33,402 bases of DNA, taken from assembly GCA_041554215.1 (NCBI GenBank), contig JBFFMG010000001.1:1-33402 (forward strand), given 5' to 3'. The translations under genes were made by a program, and so were the position numbers. Below are positions 8,814-17,483 of the stretch, in pieces. The DNA is from Labilibaculum sp. (GTDB lineage: Bacteria > Bacteroidota > Bacteroidia > Bacteroidales > Marinifilaceae). The notes under the pieces are model-generated. The model was not told where the DNA came from, did not search any database, and worked only from the letters and a program-made list of their open reading frames with translations. Every line of letters begins with the position of its first letter. The first letter of the stretch is position 1.

Positions 8814-10133
8814 CTATGCCAAAACCTGATGATTCTTGTTAAACTCCTTTAATCGAATCTCCAATGTATCAAATTGATTACGCGAAACCTGAGAAACACA
8901 AGCTCTAAGTCCTTCCTTTAAACTACCTGTTTCATTCAAGCAAATTGCCGAAATTCCATAATACAATAGTTTTTTATTTAAATCCGGACCAGTTAATCCA
9001 GGATAAGAAACTGTGAAATAAAAACCATCAGCCAAAGGCAGATCGATATCCCCTTCGTATACCAATTCAAAACCATTTTCTAAAAACAGTTTCTTCATGA
9101 TTTTTGCACGTTCTCCGTACTCCTTAACTTCCTCAATAAAATTGAATTCTCCTTCGTTGGCAGCTTTCAACATTGCTCGCAGAGCATATTGAGCAGAATG
9201 AGAAGTACCCGATGACAAGGTGTAAATAATTCTATAAATAAGAGTATAACCGAATTCATCGGCTCCAAATCGTGGTTTTAAATTTTCAAATCGTTTGTGA
9301 AACAGCTTATTTGAAATGCAAAGTAAGCCAATGCGCTGACCGGCATAACTAAATGCTTTCGAACTTGAAATCATCAATACATAATTGTCGGTATAATTAG
9401 CAACACTTGGCTGATAAGGTGCTGCACCCGGTTTGCTTAGGTCTGATCGAAAATCCATTGCAAAATAGGCTAAGTCTTCCATAACAATTGTGCCGTACTT
9501 ATTTGCCAACTCGCCAATTATTCTTAATTCATCCTCATTAAAACAAATCCATGCCGGATTATTTGGGTTTGAATAAATAATACCTGCTATATTTCCCTTC
9601 GCCAGAAATTCTTCCAACTTAGCCTTCAATTTACTCCCGCGATAATTAAATACATCAAAAGATTCATATTTCTGATTCATCACCTCAAGTTGAGTCTTCT
9701 GAACCGGAAATCCTGGATCGATGAATAAAATTGTATCTTTTTTAGCATCGCAATTCCCAATAGTCATAAATGCGGCATAACCTCCTTGCATAGAACCTAC
9801 AGTAGGAACAATTCCCTCTGGGGCGATATCAACATTCATGAAATTCTTTACAAATTTCGATGCTTCTTCTTTTAATGATTTTACTCCCTCCAACATAGGG
9901 TATGCTGAAGCAACACCATCTTCCAAAGCCTGTTTTTCTGCTTCGATTCCGACTCTAGCCGGCTTTAAGCCAGGAACACCCATTTCCATTCGAATGAATT
10001 TCTCACCACTTTCTTCTTCAATCATATTGACAACACGAACCACATCGCGAATTGTGGCATCCTCCATCTTATGAATCTCGCACAAAGCAAGTTTTTGATC
10101 AACTATTTGAGGATTTATAGGAGTTTTCTTCAT
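8814..10133 (-). CDS. PLP-dependent aminotransferase, class I/II
   Basis: YSNPNNPAW, EDLAY, SSSKAFSYAGQRIG (PLP lysine and arginine), C-terminal GLRACV arginine. Confidence 0.92.
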   Translation of the reverse strand: MKKTPINPQIVDQKLALCEIHKMEDATIRDVVRVVNMIEEESGEKFIRMEMGVPGLKPARVGIEAEKQALEDGVASAYPMLEGVKSLKEEASKFVKNFMNVDIAPEGIVPTVGSMQGGYAAFMTIGNCDAKKDTILFIDPGFPVQKTQLEVMNQKYESFDVFNYRGSKLKAKLEEFLAKGNIAGIIYSNPNNPAWICFNEDELRIIGELANKYGTIVMEDLAYFAMDFRSDLSKPGAAPYQPSVANYTDNYVLMISSSKAFSYAGQRIGLLCISNKLFHKRFENLKPRFGADEFGYTLIYRIIYTLSSGTSHSAQYALRAMLKAANEGEFNFIEEVKEYGERAKIMKKLFLENGFELVYEGDIDLPLADGFYFTVSYPGLTGPDLNKKLLYYGISAICLNETGSLKEGLRACVSQVSRNQFDTLEIRLKEFNKNHQVLA

Positions 10134-10285
10134 TTTACAATTATGTGTATCATTTATAAATTGGCATCATCTTAAGTCATTGCAATTTTACTAAAATTCA
10201 TTACAATTTAAAACTAATTAACCTTATTTAATTGCAATATCAACAAAGTAATCGTTGTCGCAATATCAAATCATTACAAATGGGC

Positions 10286-10316
10286 AAAAAAAAGGCTGAT
10301 CGGTAAACCGTCAGCC
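10286..10316 (-). terminator. Intrinsic terminator after flavodoxin
   Basis: Minus strand GGCTGACGG-TTTA-CCGATCAGCC followed by 8 T. Confidence 0.75.
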
Positions 10317-10337
10317 CAAATATTTAATTCCATCAAC

Positions 10338-10859
10338 TTATTCAAATTCAGGTAGAATCAGTTTCAACCAATTCGTCACTCTCCCTTCAGTCAAATCATC
10401 TTCAAAGTCTTCATCTAAAGGCAATCCTACAAATTTACCATCTACAAAAGCTCTCGATTCACCATATTCATATCCTTCATCGCTTACCTGTCCTATTAAT
10501 TTAGCTCCATTTAATGTAATACTATCTGCTAAATCTCCCAACGAATCAACAAAATTATCTGCGTAGGCAATATGATCACCTAAACCAAAAAGAGCCACTT
10601 TTTTCCCTTTAAAATCTATGTCTTTCAATTTTGGCAAGAAAATATCCCAATCATTCCCTGTATTATCTGAAGACCAATTGTGCTTACCTAGAGTTGAAAT
10701 TCCCATAATAATACACGAATATTCAGCTACATCTTTAGCTTCACAATCCTTTACTTTATGAATAACTACTTGATCAGAATTTATTTTTTCTGCAATTAAC
10801 TTAGCTACTCTTTCAACATTTCCACCTTCTGGGCCATAAAACAATCCAATTTTACTCAT
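10338..10859 (-). CDS. Long-chain flavodoxin with atypical phosphate-binding loop
   Basis: KIGLFYG start, DFKGKKVALFGLGD, YADNFVD, FVGLPLDED, RVTNW: long-chain flavodoxin pattern. Confidence 0.88.
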   Translation of the reverse strand: MSKIGLFYGPEGGNVERVAKLIAEKINSDQVVIHKVKDCEAKDVAEYSCIIMGISTLGKHNWSSDNTGNDWDIFLPKLKDIDFKGKKVALFGLGDHIAYADNFVDSLGDLADSITLNGAKLIGQVSDEGYEYGESRAFVDGKFVGLPLDEDFEDDLTEGRVTNWLKLILPEFE

Positions 10860-10919
10860 ATGATACAGTGTTTAGTGTTATCAATTTTGTTTGTGTTTAA
10901 CCTACTTACAAAGTTAAAA

Positions 10920-11612
10920 TTATTTGGAACTTTTCAAACTTGCAATAGCAAGTAACACTCCTAAAACAATACCTAAAATTGCAGCAAATAAAACCTGAAA
11001 ATCAGGAGGCAATAAAAAGGTTATTGTATGAGCCGGAATCCAGAAAAAAGGAATTGTTTTTTTGAAGACGAAATTCCATTGAACATCCCAATTTAAGTTG
11101 ATAAATATTTTAGAAATTTGAATAGGTTTCAAAAAGCCAGACACCGTTCCACCATTATCAACAATATGAATATCAGTAATTTTATGAAGTGTCATCATTA
11201 CTGGGGCATAAATTAAATTCATTGCAGCACTAATCGAAAAAGCAACTAGGAATTTATTTAAGGTAAATCCGCCCTTCATGGTATCCGCTGCTCCTTCCAC
11301 ACCCAAATAAGCTAAAAAAATTGGGGTCCCAGTTGCAAAAATCACAAAAGCTAACTTAATGGTTAGACCTAAAAATCCCCATACAATAGCTCTTGGTAAA
11401 ATTCCAAATCCTAATTTATAGTAGTTTCCTGTTCTTAATCTAAGTCCAATAACCTCTCCTAAGGTTGCCAAAATTGCAAATTTCACAAAACTGGTAATCA
11501 TTCCATGCGCCTTGTTAAAGTCGATATAGAAATCAAACACTGTTTGAGAAATAAAAAATGGCAAAAACAAAAGTATAAAGCCAAAGGCAAAAATAATATC
11601 TTGTTTTTTCAT
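10920..11612 (-). CDS. Multi-pass membrane protein, Mpv17/PMP22-like
   Basis: Several hydrophobic helices; C-terminal FFWIPAHTITFLLPPDFQVLF resembles the Mpv17/PMP22 WPxxQxxNFxxVP region. Confidence 0.65.
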   Translation of the reverse strand: MKKQDIIFAFGFILLFLPFFISQTVFDFYIDFNKAHGMITSFVKFAILATLGEVIGLRLRTGNYYKLGFGILPRAIVWGFLGLTIKLAFVIFATGTPIFLAYLGVEGAADTMKGGFTLNKFLVAFSISAAMNLIYAPVMMTLHKITDIHIVDNGGTVSGFLKPIQISKIFINLNWDVQWNFVFKKTIPFFWIPAHTITFLLPPDFQVLFAAILGIVLGVLLAIASLKSSK

Positions 11613-11628
11613 GTATTGTTTATTCTAA

Positions 11629-11661
11629 AATGATAGCATGAGAATTTCTCATGCTATCATT
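11629..11661. repeat. Perfect 16-bp-arm palindrome (hairpin; possible terminator or processing site)
   Basis: AATGATAGCATGAGAA-T-TTCTCATGCTATCATT. Confidence 0.85.
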
Positions 11662-11665
11662 ATTA

Positions 11666-11815
11666 CTATTTATCTGTTTGTTCTGTGTATTTATTCCAAC
11701 CGTTGAAAAAACCGTCCTTTACTCCTTTCCATTTCACAGCGATTCCCAATAACAAGATTATCACAAAACTGATCATCAACTTCTCGTTTAAACTAAGATC
11801 TTTCAACTTTCTCAT
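11666..11815 (-). CDS. Unannotated 49-aa single-pass membrane microprotein
   Basis: Manual translation MRKLKDLSLNEKLMISFVIILLLGIAVKWKGVKDGFFNGWNKYTEQTDK*. It fills the gap between co-oriented genes and is shorter than any ORF in the track. Confidence 0.72.
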   Translation of the reverse strand: MRKLKDLSLNEKLMISFVIILLLGIAVKWKGVKDGFFNGWNKYTEQTDK

Positions 11816-11850
11816 CACAAATTATATGTTTATTCCGAATCAATTCGGGA

Positions 11851-13908
11851 TTATTTTTCAATTCGAATACGGGCATCAACAGCTACAACAGCATCTTTAT
11901 TTCCTAAAAGAGGATTTAGATCCATTTCGAAAATTTCAGGAGCAACTTTCATTAAAGCAGCCACTCTTGTAATTGCATCAGCAAATTCATCTTCATTTAC
12001 AGGCTCCTGTCCTCGCACCCCTTTAATTATACCATAAGATTTTAATCCCTGTATCATTTCATGCGCTTCTTGTTTCGCAATTGGAGCCAATGAAGCTTTT
12101 ACATCTTTTAATACTTCGATAAAAATACCACCTAAACCACACAATACCATATGTCCAAATTTATCTTCGCGTTTTGCTCCAATAAATACTTCAGTTCCTT
12201 TTAACATCTGAGCCAACATAACGGCATAAGTATCTTTAATCTGCATCATTCTTCTAAATTCAGAACGAACAGTTTCCTCGTCTTTCACGTTTAAAGTTAC
12301 TCCGCCAACATCCGATTTATGAACGGGTCCAACGACTTTCATCACTAAAGGGAAACCAATTTCTTTTGCCATAGCGACTATTTCATCTTCTGTATCGGCA
12401 ACTCCTTCTTTGGCTCTATTGATCCCTGCAGCATCCAGCAAATTGTGCAATTGTTCAGGACTTAAATAACCATTTTCAGCCTCATCAATGATCTTACGAA
12501 TTGCTACTTTATCAACTTTAGGCATTTCAATTTCTTCAGCTTGAGGTTTTGGCGTATTATAAACCTTTGCCAAAGCATCACCAAAAACTACCTCATCGGG
12601 GAAGTTAATTCTTCCTTTCGCCAGGAAATGCTCAATTTCATCTTTAACATTAACTATCGAAGGCAGAATTGGATAGATTGGTTTTTTACATTCTTTCATT
12701 TTCTCGTGCAGTAAATCGTAAACATCGTACACAGGAAATAATCCAGGACTACCGAATATTACTGCCATTGCGTCAATATTATCAAAATCATTTTCACAAG
12801 CATCAATAATATCACCTAATTGCTGAGCTGTTCCTGTCGCCAGAAAATCGATAGGATTAGCCACCGATGAACCACCGTATAATTTTCCCAACAAAACATC
12901 CGCTTTTAAACCTTCGATATGAGGGACATCTAAACCATTATTCGATAGTGAGTCTGTTAACATCACTGCAGGTCCACCTGCATGTGTTATTACAGCAATG
13001 TTTTTCCCTTTTAACTCAGGATGCATAAAAATTGAGGCAACCGTTGCCAACTCGTCTCTCCCTTTGCAACGAACAATACCTGCTTTTTTAAACAAAGCAT
13101 TAACCGCAACATCAGGACTAGCCAATGCACCGGTATGCGAAGAAGCTGCACGACTTCCAGCTTCAGAACTACCCGATTTTATTGCTGCAATTTTACAACC
13201 TTTACGGATTAATGAAGAAGCATGCTTTAAAAGCATTTCAGGCTTATCGATGTTCTCGATATACAACAACTTAACCTTACTGCTTGTTTCAGGATCGAAG
13301 CTTTCATCCAAATATTTAAGAATCTCTTCAACACCCATTTGAGCAGAGTTTCCAACTGAATATACACTTGAAAAAGACAAACCTTTAGGAACACCAGACT
13401 CCATAATGAAAACAGCAGTTGCTCCCGATCCGGAAATAAAGTCACATCCCTTAGTATCCAGACTTGGAATAGGTGTAGTAAAAACACCATTATAGTTAGA
13501 ATTTAATACACCAACGCAGTTTGGACCAATTAAGGATCCTCCCACCGAATTAACAATCTCTACAATTTCTTTTTCAAGTTTTTCGCCTTCCTCATTTTCT
13601 TCGCTAAAACCAGCCGAAAGAATAATAAAAGCACGAGTATTTTTTTCTTCAGCAAGAAGTTTAATCGTTGATGGGCAAAATTTTGCTGCAATAGCTATAA
13701 TTGCCAAATCGGTTTGTGGCAGGTCTTTAAGATCTTTATATGATGGTACACCTTGAACTTCGTCCATTTTAGGGTTGGCAACATAAAGATTTCCTTTAAA
13801 ATCACCATCGATCAGGTTTTTAAGCACCTTTCCTCCTGGTTTTTGTACATCATCGGAACCTCCAATAACTACAATACTTTTAGGATTAAGTAACTGTTCG
13901 TTTATCAT
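11851..13908 (-). CDS. ADP-forming acetate/acyl-CoA ligase, alpha-beta fusion
   Basis: NPKSIVVIGGS CoA-binding start, GPNCVG, phospho-His motif ASSHTGALA, NPIDF, ATP-grasp HKSDVGGV and EMDLNP. Confidence 0.93.
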   Translation of the reverse strand: MINEQLLNPKSIVVIGGSDDVQKPGGKVLKNLIDGDFKGNLYVANPKMDEVQGVPSYKDLKDLPQTDLAIIAIAAKFCPSTIKLLAEEKNTRAFIILSAGFSEENEEGEKLEKEIVEIVNSVGGSLIGPNCVGVLNSNYNGVFTTPIPSLDTKGCDFISGSGATAVFIMESGVPKGLSFSSVYSVGNSAQMGVEEILKYLDESFDPETSSKVKLLYIENIDKPEMLLKHASSLIRKGCKIAAIKSGSSEAGSRAASSHTGALASPDVAVNALFKKAGIVRCKGRDELATVASIFMHPELKGKNIAVITHAGGPAVMLTDSLSNNGLDVPHIEGLKADVLLGKLYGGSSVANPIDFLATGTAQQLGDIIDACENDFDNIDAMAVIFGSPGLFPVYDVYDLLHEKMKECKKPIYPILPSIVNVKDEIEHFLAKGRINFPDEVVFGDALAKVYNTPKPQAEEIEMPKVDKVAIRKIIDEAENGYLSPEQLHNLLDAAGINRAKEGVADTEDEIVAMAKEIGFPLVMKVVGPVHKSDVGGVTLNVKDEETVRSEFRRMMQIKDTYAVMLAQMLKGTEVFIGAKREDKFGHMVLCGLGGIFIEVLKDVKASLAPIAKQEAHEMIQGLKSYGIIKGVRGQEPVNEDEFADAITRVAALMKVAPEIFEMDLNPLLGNKDAVVAVDARIRIEK

Positions 13909-13940
13909 TTTTTGTTGTTTAGTGTTTTGCTATTTTGCGA

Positions 13941-13948
13941 CAAATATA
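13941..13948 (-). promoter_or_regulatory. -7 promoter element for the acyl-CoA ligase operon
   Basis: Minus strand TATATTTG (TAnnTTTG) about 33 nt upstream of the ATG. Confidence 0.55.
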
Positions 13949-14144
13949 ATAATAATCTATTCCCAAAAGAGCGATTTATCGAACAAACTGTAAGTAAAAA
14001 CAAACGTTATCGTAAAATACTGACAATTTACAGATTCACTATAAACATTTTTTTATCAACACATTACAACACAAACAAATTCAGAGTTTATCATGCAAAT
14101 ATCCATTTTGTGGCGCTAGGTATAAAAAGCTAAAATTTTATCTG

Positions 14145-14152
14145 TAATTTTG
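14145..14152 (+). promoter_or_regulatory. -7 promoter element for hydE
   Basis: TAATTTTG (TAnnTTTG) about 29 nt upstream of the ATG. Confidence 0.5.
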
Positions 14153-14180
14153 TTGTCGAATTAAAAGCAAGTAATTCCAG

Positions 14181-15281
14181 ATGACTAAAACTATTGAGCA
14201 GATCTTGCAACAAGATCAATTCACCAAAGATGACATCATTCGATTATTGCAATTGAAAGATGAAGATGAAAAAGCATTATTTGTAAAATCATCTGAAGTA
14301 AAATTAAAACACGTAGGAAAAAATGTCCACTTTCGTGGATTAGTTGAATTCTCAAACATCTGTAAAAAAGATTGCCTATACTGTGGAATTCGTGCGAGCA
14401 ACAGTGCCGTAAACAGATACGATATTGCAGATGAAGAAATATTGAAAGCTGCAAAATTTGCTCATGAAAACAAATACGGCTCTTTGGTATTGCAGTCAGG
14501 AGAAAGATCTGACCAAAAATTTATTGATCGTATTGAAAACCTACTAAAAGAGATTAAAAAAATAAGCAATAACGAATTGGGAATTACCATTTCGATAGGA
14601 GAACAAACAAAAGAAACCTACCAGAAATGGTTTAATGCAGGTGCTCACCGCTATTTATTGCGCATTGAATCAAGTAATAAAGACCTTTACAACAAAATTC
14701 ATCCAAATAATGAAGAGCATTCGCACGAAACCAGATTAGAATGCTTAAAATATCTTCAGGAAATTGGTTACCAAACGGGAACGGGGGTAATGATTGGAAT
14801 TCCTTTTCAGACCTACGAAGATTTAGCCGACGATCTTCTTTTCATGCAAAAATTTGACATCGACATGGTTGGTATGGGTCCCTTTATTGAACACGATAAA
14901 ACTCCCATGTATCAGTATAAAGATCAGTTAATGAGTTTGAATGATCGATTCCGTCTCACTTTAAAAATGATTGCTGTCCTTAGAATCATGATGAAGGACA
15001 TAAATATTGCCTCGGCCACGGCGTTGCAGGCGATCGATCCGCTAGGAAGAGAAAAAGCATTGCGAATTGGCGCCAATATTATCATGCCCAACATTACACC
15101 AACTACCGAAAGAGCAAACTATTTGCTTTATCAGAACAAGCCTTGCATTGACGAAGGTGCAGATGATTGCACAAACTGTATGGAAGCCAGAATAAATATG
15201 GCAGATGGAGTAATTGGCTACGGAGAATGGGGAGATTCAAAGCACTACAAAAACAGACAAATGAAACAGAAGCAACCTTAG
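14181..15281 (+). CDS. hydE: [FeFe]-hydrogenase H-cluster radical SAM maturase HydE
   Basis: RGLVEFSNICKKDCLYC radical SAM motif, LQSGE, GMGPFIEHDKTP, GANIIMPN, YLLY, C-terminal Cx7Cx2C; adjacent to hydG. Confidence 0.93.
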   Translation: MTKTIEQILQQDQFTKDDIIRLLQLKDEDEKALFVKSSEVKLKHVGKNVHFRGLVEFSNICKKDCLYCGIRASNSAVNRYDIADEEILKAAKFAHENKYGSLVLQSGERSDQKFIDRIENLLKEIKKISNNELGITISIGEQTKETYQKWFNAGAHRYLLRIESSNKDLYNKIHPNNEEHSHETRLECLKYLQEIGYQTGTGVMIGIPFQTYEDLADDLLFMQKFDIDMVGMGPFIEHDKTPMYQYKDQLMSLNDRFRLTLKMIAVLRIMMKDINIASATALQAIDPLGREKALRIGANIIMPNITPTTERANYLLYQNKPCIDEGADDCTNCMEARINMADGVIGYGEWGDSKHYKNRQMKQKQP

Positions 15282-15454
15282 TCGCTTTTTTTGCTTTAAA
15301 AAAGATCAAGACAAAATACTTTAGTGGTTGATTTTACAAGTTTAATTCCTCAAAAAAACATTGTACACACATCGAAACCATAAGGTAAACTACCTGTGTG
15401 AAAGAGAACCGTGACAAGATGTACATTTTCACATTGATCTTAAAAAAGCAATAA

Positions 15455-15483
15455 AAAAAAGTCCGACATAATCGGACTTTTTT
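15455..15483. terminator. Bidirectional terminator between convergent hydE and hydG units
   Basis: AAAAAAGTCCGA-CATAA-TCGGACTTTTTT. Confidence 0.85.
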
Positions 15484-15490
15484 GAATTAG

Positions 15491-15754
15491 TTACGGCTCA
15501 AACATCATGTGCTGAATTTCAACCCCTTCAATCATATAAATTTCTTTTTCGAATAGCTCCATTTCTTCTTTGGATCCTACTACTTGTATTAATAGCAATC
15601 CAAGAGGATGACTATCCCAATGCTCTACATCGAATAAATCTAAACGAGTTTTGATAGAATCAGCGTATCGTACAAGAATTTTCTGCACGCACCCATCCTC
15701 TTTCTCCTTATCGTGAATTAACACACCAAAAATCCAAATTGCTGATGTTTCCAT
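15491..15754 (-). CDS. Small ACT-like protein, TM1266-like iron-only hydrogenase system protein
   Basis: 87 aa; VQKIL..Y...IKTRL, GLLLIQVVG, IEGVEIQHM pattern; directly downstream of hydG. Confidence 0.65.
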   Translation of the reverse strand: METSAIWIFGVLIHDKEKEDGCVQKILVRYADSIKTRLDLFDVEHWDSHPLGLLLIQVVGSKEEMELFEKEIYMIEGVEIQHMMFEP

Positions 15755-15839
15755 AATACGAAATTTAGAGTTATCATACGGACTAGTAACAAGTTACAAA
15801 AAACATCCCAACTCCAAAAATCAAAGCCCTGATCAACAT

Positions 15840-17273
15840 CTAATAATACAGATCACGCTCTCCTTGTTTCACCATCTGTAGGCGTTTATGCAAATCTTCC
15901 GTTTTCTGGAAATCTTTTAATTCACTAATTTTTTCATCAATTAAATCGTACCCTTTCTCTTTCATCTCTGGAGTAGCGTAATCTTCCAAATACTCAGCCA
16001 AAGTTAAAATCGCATTTTGAGAACAAAACCGCTTAATAAAACCTGGAACTGAAAATTCCATAAAATGTTCTCCTGTACGTCCTTTTCTATAGCAGGCTGT
16101 ACAAAAAGAAGGTAAATACTTTTTATCAAGAAGCTCATCAATCACCTCACTCAAACTACGAGGATCTCCTATTTCAAATTGTTCCTGTTCAAGTTTCTGC
16201 TGCTTTCCATTATCTTCTGAATAACCCCCTAACTGAATGTTCGTGCCCGCATCAATCTGAGAAACACCAAGTTTAATAACCTCTTCTCTGATTTCCTTTG
16301 TCTCCCTTGCAGTAAGTATCATTCCCGTGTAAGGAACAGCAAGTCGAAGAATTGCAACCAGTCTAATAAAATCTTTATCACTCACCTCAAATTCCGGATC
16401 GATATTAGAATCAGATGCAGCCTTTATTCTAGGAAAAGAAATTGTATGCGGTCCAACATTATAACATGCCTCGAAATGATTCACATGACGAAGTAAGCCT
16501 AAAACTTCATATTTCCAATCATACAAACCAAACAATGCACCAATTCCAACATCATCAATCAAAGCTTCTTGAGCTCTGTCGAGACCAGTTAAACGCCATT
16601 CGAAATCTCTTTTTTTACCACTTAAGTGATACTTTGCATATGCTTCACGATGATAGGTTTCCTGAAAGATCTGATAGGTACCAATCCCGGAATCTTTCAC
16701 CTTTTTGAATCCCTCAATATCTAACGGAGCAGCATTGATGTTCACTCTTCGGATCTCACCATTACCCGATTTTACACCATAAACTATTTTAACCGAATCA
16801 GAAATAAAATCAGCATCGTACATTGGATGTTCACCATAAACAAGAATCAGCCTTTTTTGACCATTATCCTCTAGGGCTTTAACTTCAGCTTCAATTTGCT
16901 CATGAGCGAGAGTCGTTCTTTTTTGCTTGATATTTGAAGCTCTAAAACCACAATAGGTACAATTATTTACACATTTATTCCCAATATATAAAGGAGCAAA
17001 AATAACGATACGGTCACCATATACCTTCTTTTTAAGTTCCCTTGCTCCGGCTTTTATTTCTTCAATTAATTCTTCATCTTCCACCTTCAATAAAATCGCC
17101 GTTTCTTGTAAGCTTAATCGATTCTTGTCTAATGATTTTTGAATAATTCGACGAACATTTTCTTTGCTGGGTTGGGCTTCTTCCAAAATCTCCCAAATTT
17201 CAGATTCATCGATAAAAGGCTTCATCCTTTCATCTTTAATCCGATACTCTTGAGGTTTGTAGATCATTTTCAT
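15840..17273 (-). CDS. hydG: [FeFe]-hydrogenase H-cluster radical SAM maturase HydG
   Basis: FAPLYIGNKCVNNCTYC, GEIRRVNIN, FQETYH, GPHTISFPRI, C-terminal SFCTACYR...C (Cx2Cx22C) auxiliary-cluster motif, which distinguishes it from ThiH. Confidence 0.95.
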   Translation of the reverse strand: MKMIYKPQEYRIKDERMKPFIDESEIWEILEEAQPSKENVRRIIQKSLDKNRLSLQETAILLKVEDEELIEEIKAGARELKKKVYGDRIVIFAPLYIGNKCVNNCTYCGFRASNIKQKRTTLAHEQIEAEVKALEDNGQKRLILVYGEHPMYDADFISDSVKIVYGVKSGNGEIRRVNINAAPLDIEGFKKVKDSGIGTYQIFQETYHREAYAKYHLSGKKRDFEWRLTGLDRAQEALIDDVGIGALFGLYDWKYEVLGLLRHVNHFEACYNVGPHTISFPRIKAASDSNIDPEFEVSDKDFIRLVAILRLAVPYTGMILTARETKEIREEVIKLGVSQIDAGTNIQLGGYSEDNGKQQKLEQEQFEIGDPRSLSEVIDELLDKKYLPSFCTACYRKGRTGEHFMEFSVPGFIKRFCSQNAILTLAEYLEDYATPEMKEKGYDLIDEKISELKDFQKTEDLHKRLQMVKQGERDLYY

Positions 17274-17349
17274 TTTTTGCGCTGTATTGTCTTAAAATAC
17301 TGATCGTGCATACGACTCAATATTTTATGTATTTAGTTAGTTTTCAGGG

Positions 17350-17357
17350 CAAAATTA
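17350..17357 (-). promoter_or_regulatory. -7 promoter element for hydG
   Basis: Minus strand TAATTTTG upstream of hydG, downstream of the terminator at 17426-17457. Confidence 0.45.
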
Positions 17358-17425
17358 AACATTATTATTTTGATTCAATAATGATTTAGAGTTTAAGATC
17401 TATTATATTTTTATTCTCATTCCAT

Positions 17426-17457
17426 AAAAAAACCCAAGGACATTAGTGCCTTGGGTT
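17426..17457 (-). terminator. Intrinsic terminator after the outer-membrane protein gene
   Basis: AACCCAAGG...CCTTGGGTT with a T tail on the minus strand. Confidence 0.75.
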
Positions 17458-17483
17458 ATATTTTAGAACTACTCTAAATATTC

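Noticed and set aside
10234-10269. Direct repeat GCAATATCAA twice, 26 nt apart, upstream of the aminotransferase
   Set aside because: AT-rich 10-mer that also occurs at 461-470 in an unrelated context; not enough evidence for an operator
11685-11972. 95-aa plus-strand ORF
   Set aside because: Antisense to both the ligase 3' end and the more plausible 49-aa minus-strand ORF; GTG start and no motifs
13912-14133. 73-aa ORF in the ligase/hydE divergent region
   Set aside because: TTG start, low-complexity AT-rich translation, and it overlaps promoter elements
15361-15471. Possible TGA (selenocysteine) read-through peptide LYTHRNHKVNYLCEREP-U-QDVHFHIDLKK...
   Set aside because: No good start codon, no redox motif and no recognisable SECIS hairpin after the TGA
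14181-17273. Alternative calls of biotin synthase (BioB) and ThiH for the two radical SAM genes
   Set aside because: The HydG C-terminal Cx2Cx22C motif, HydE-type motifs and the hydrogenase context support maturases
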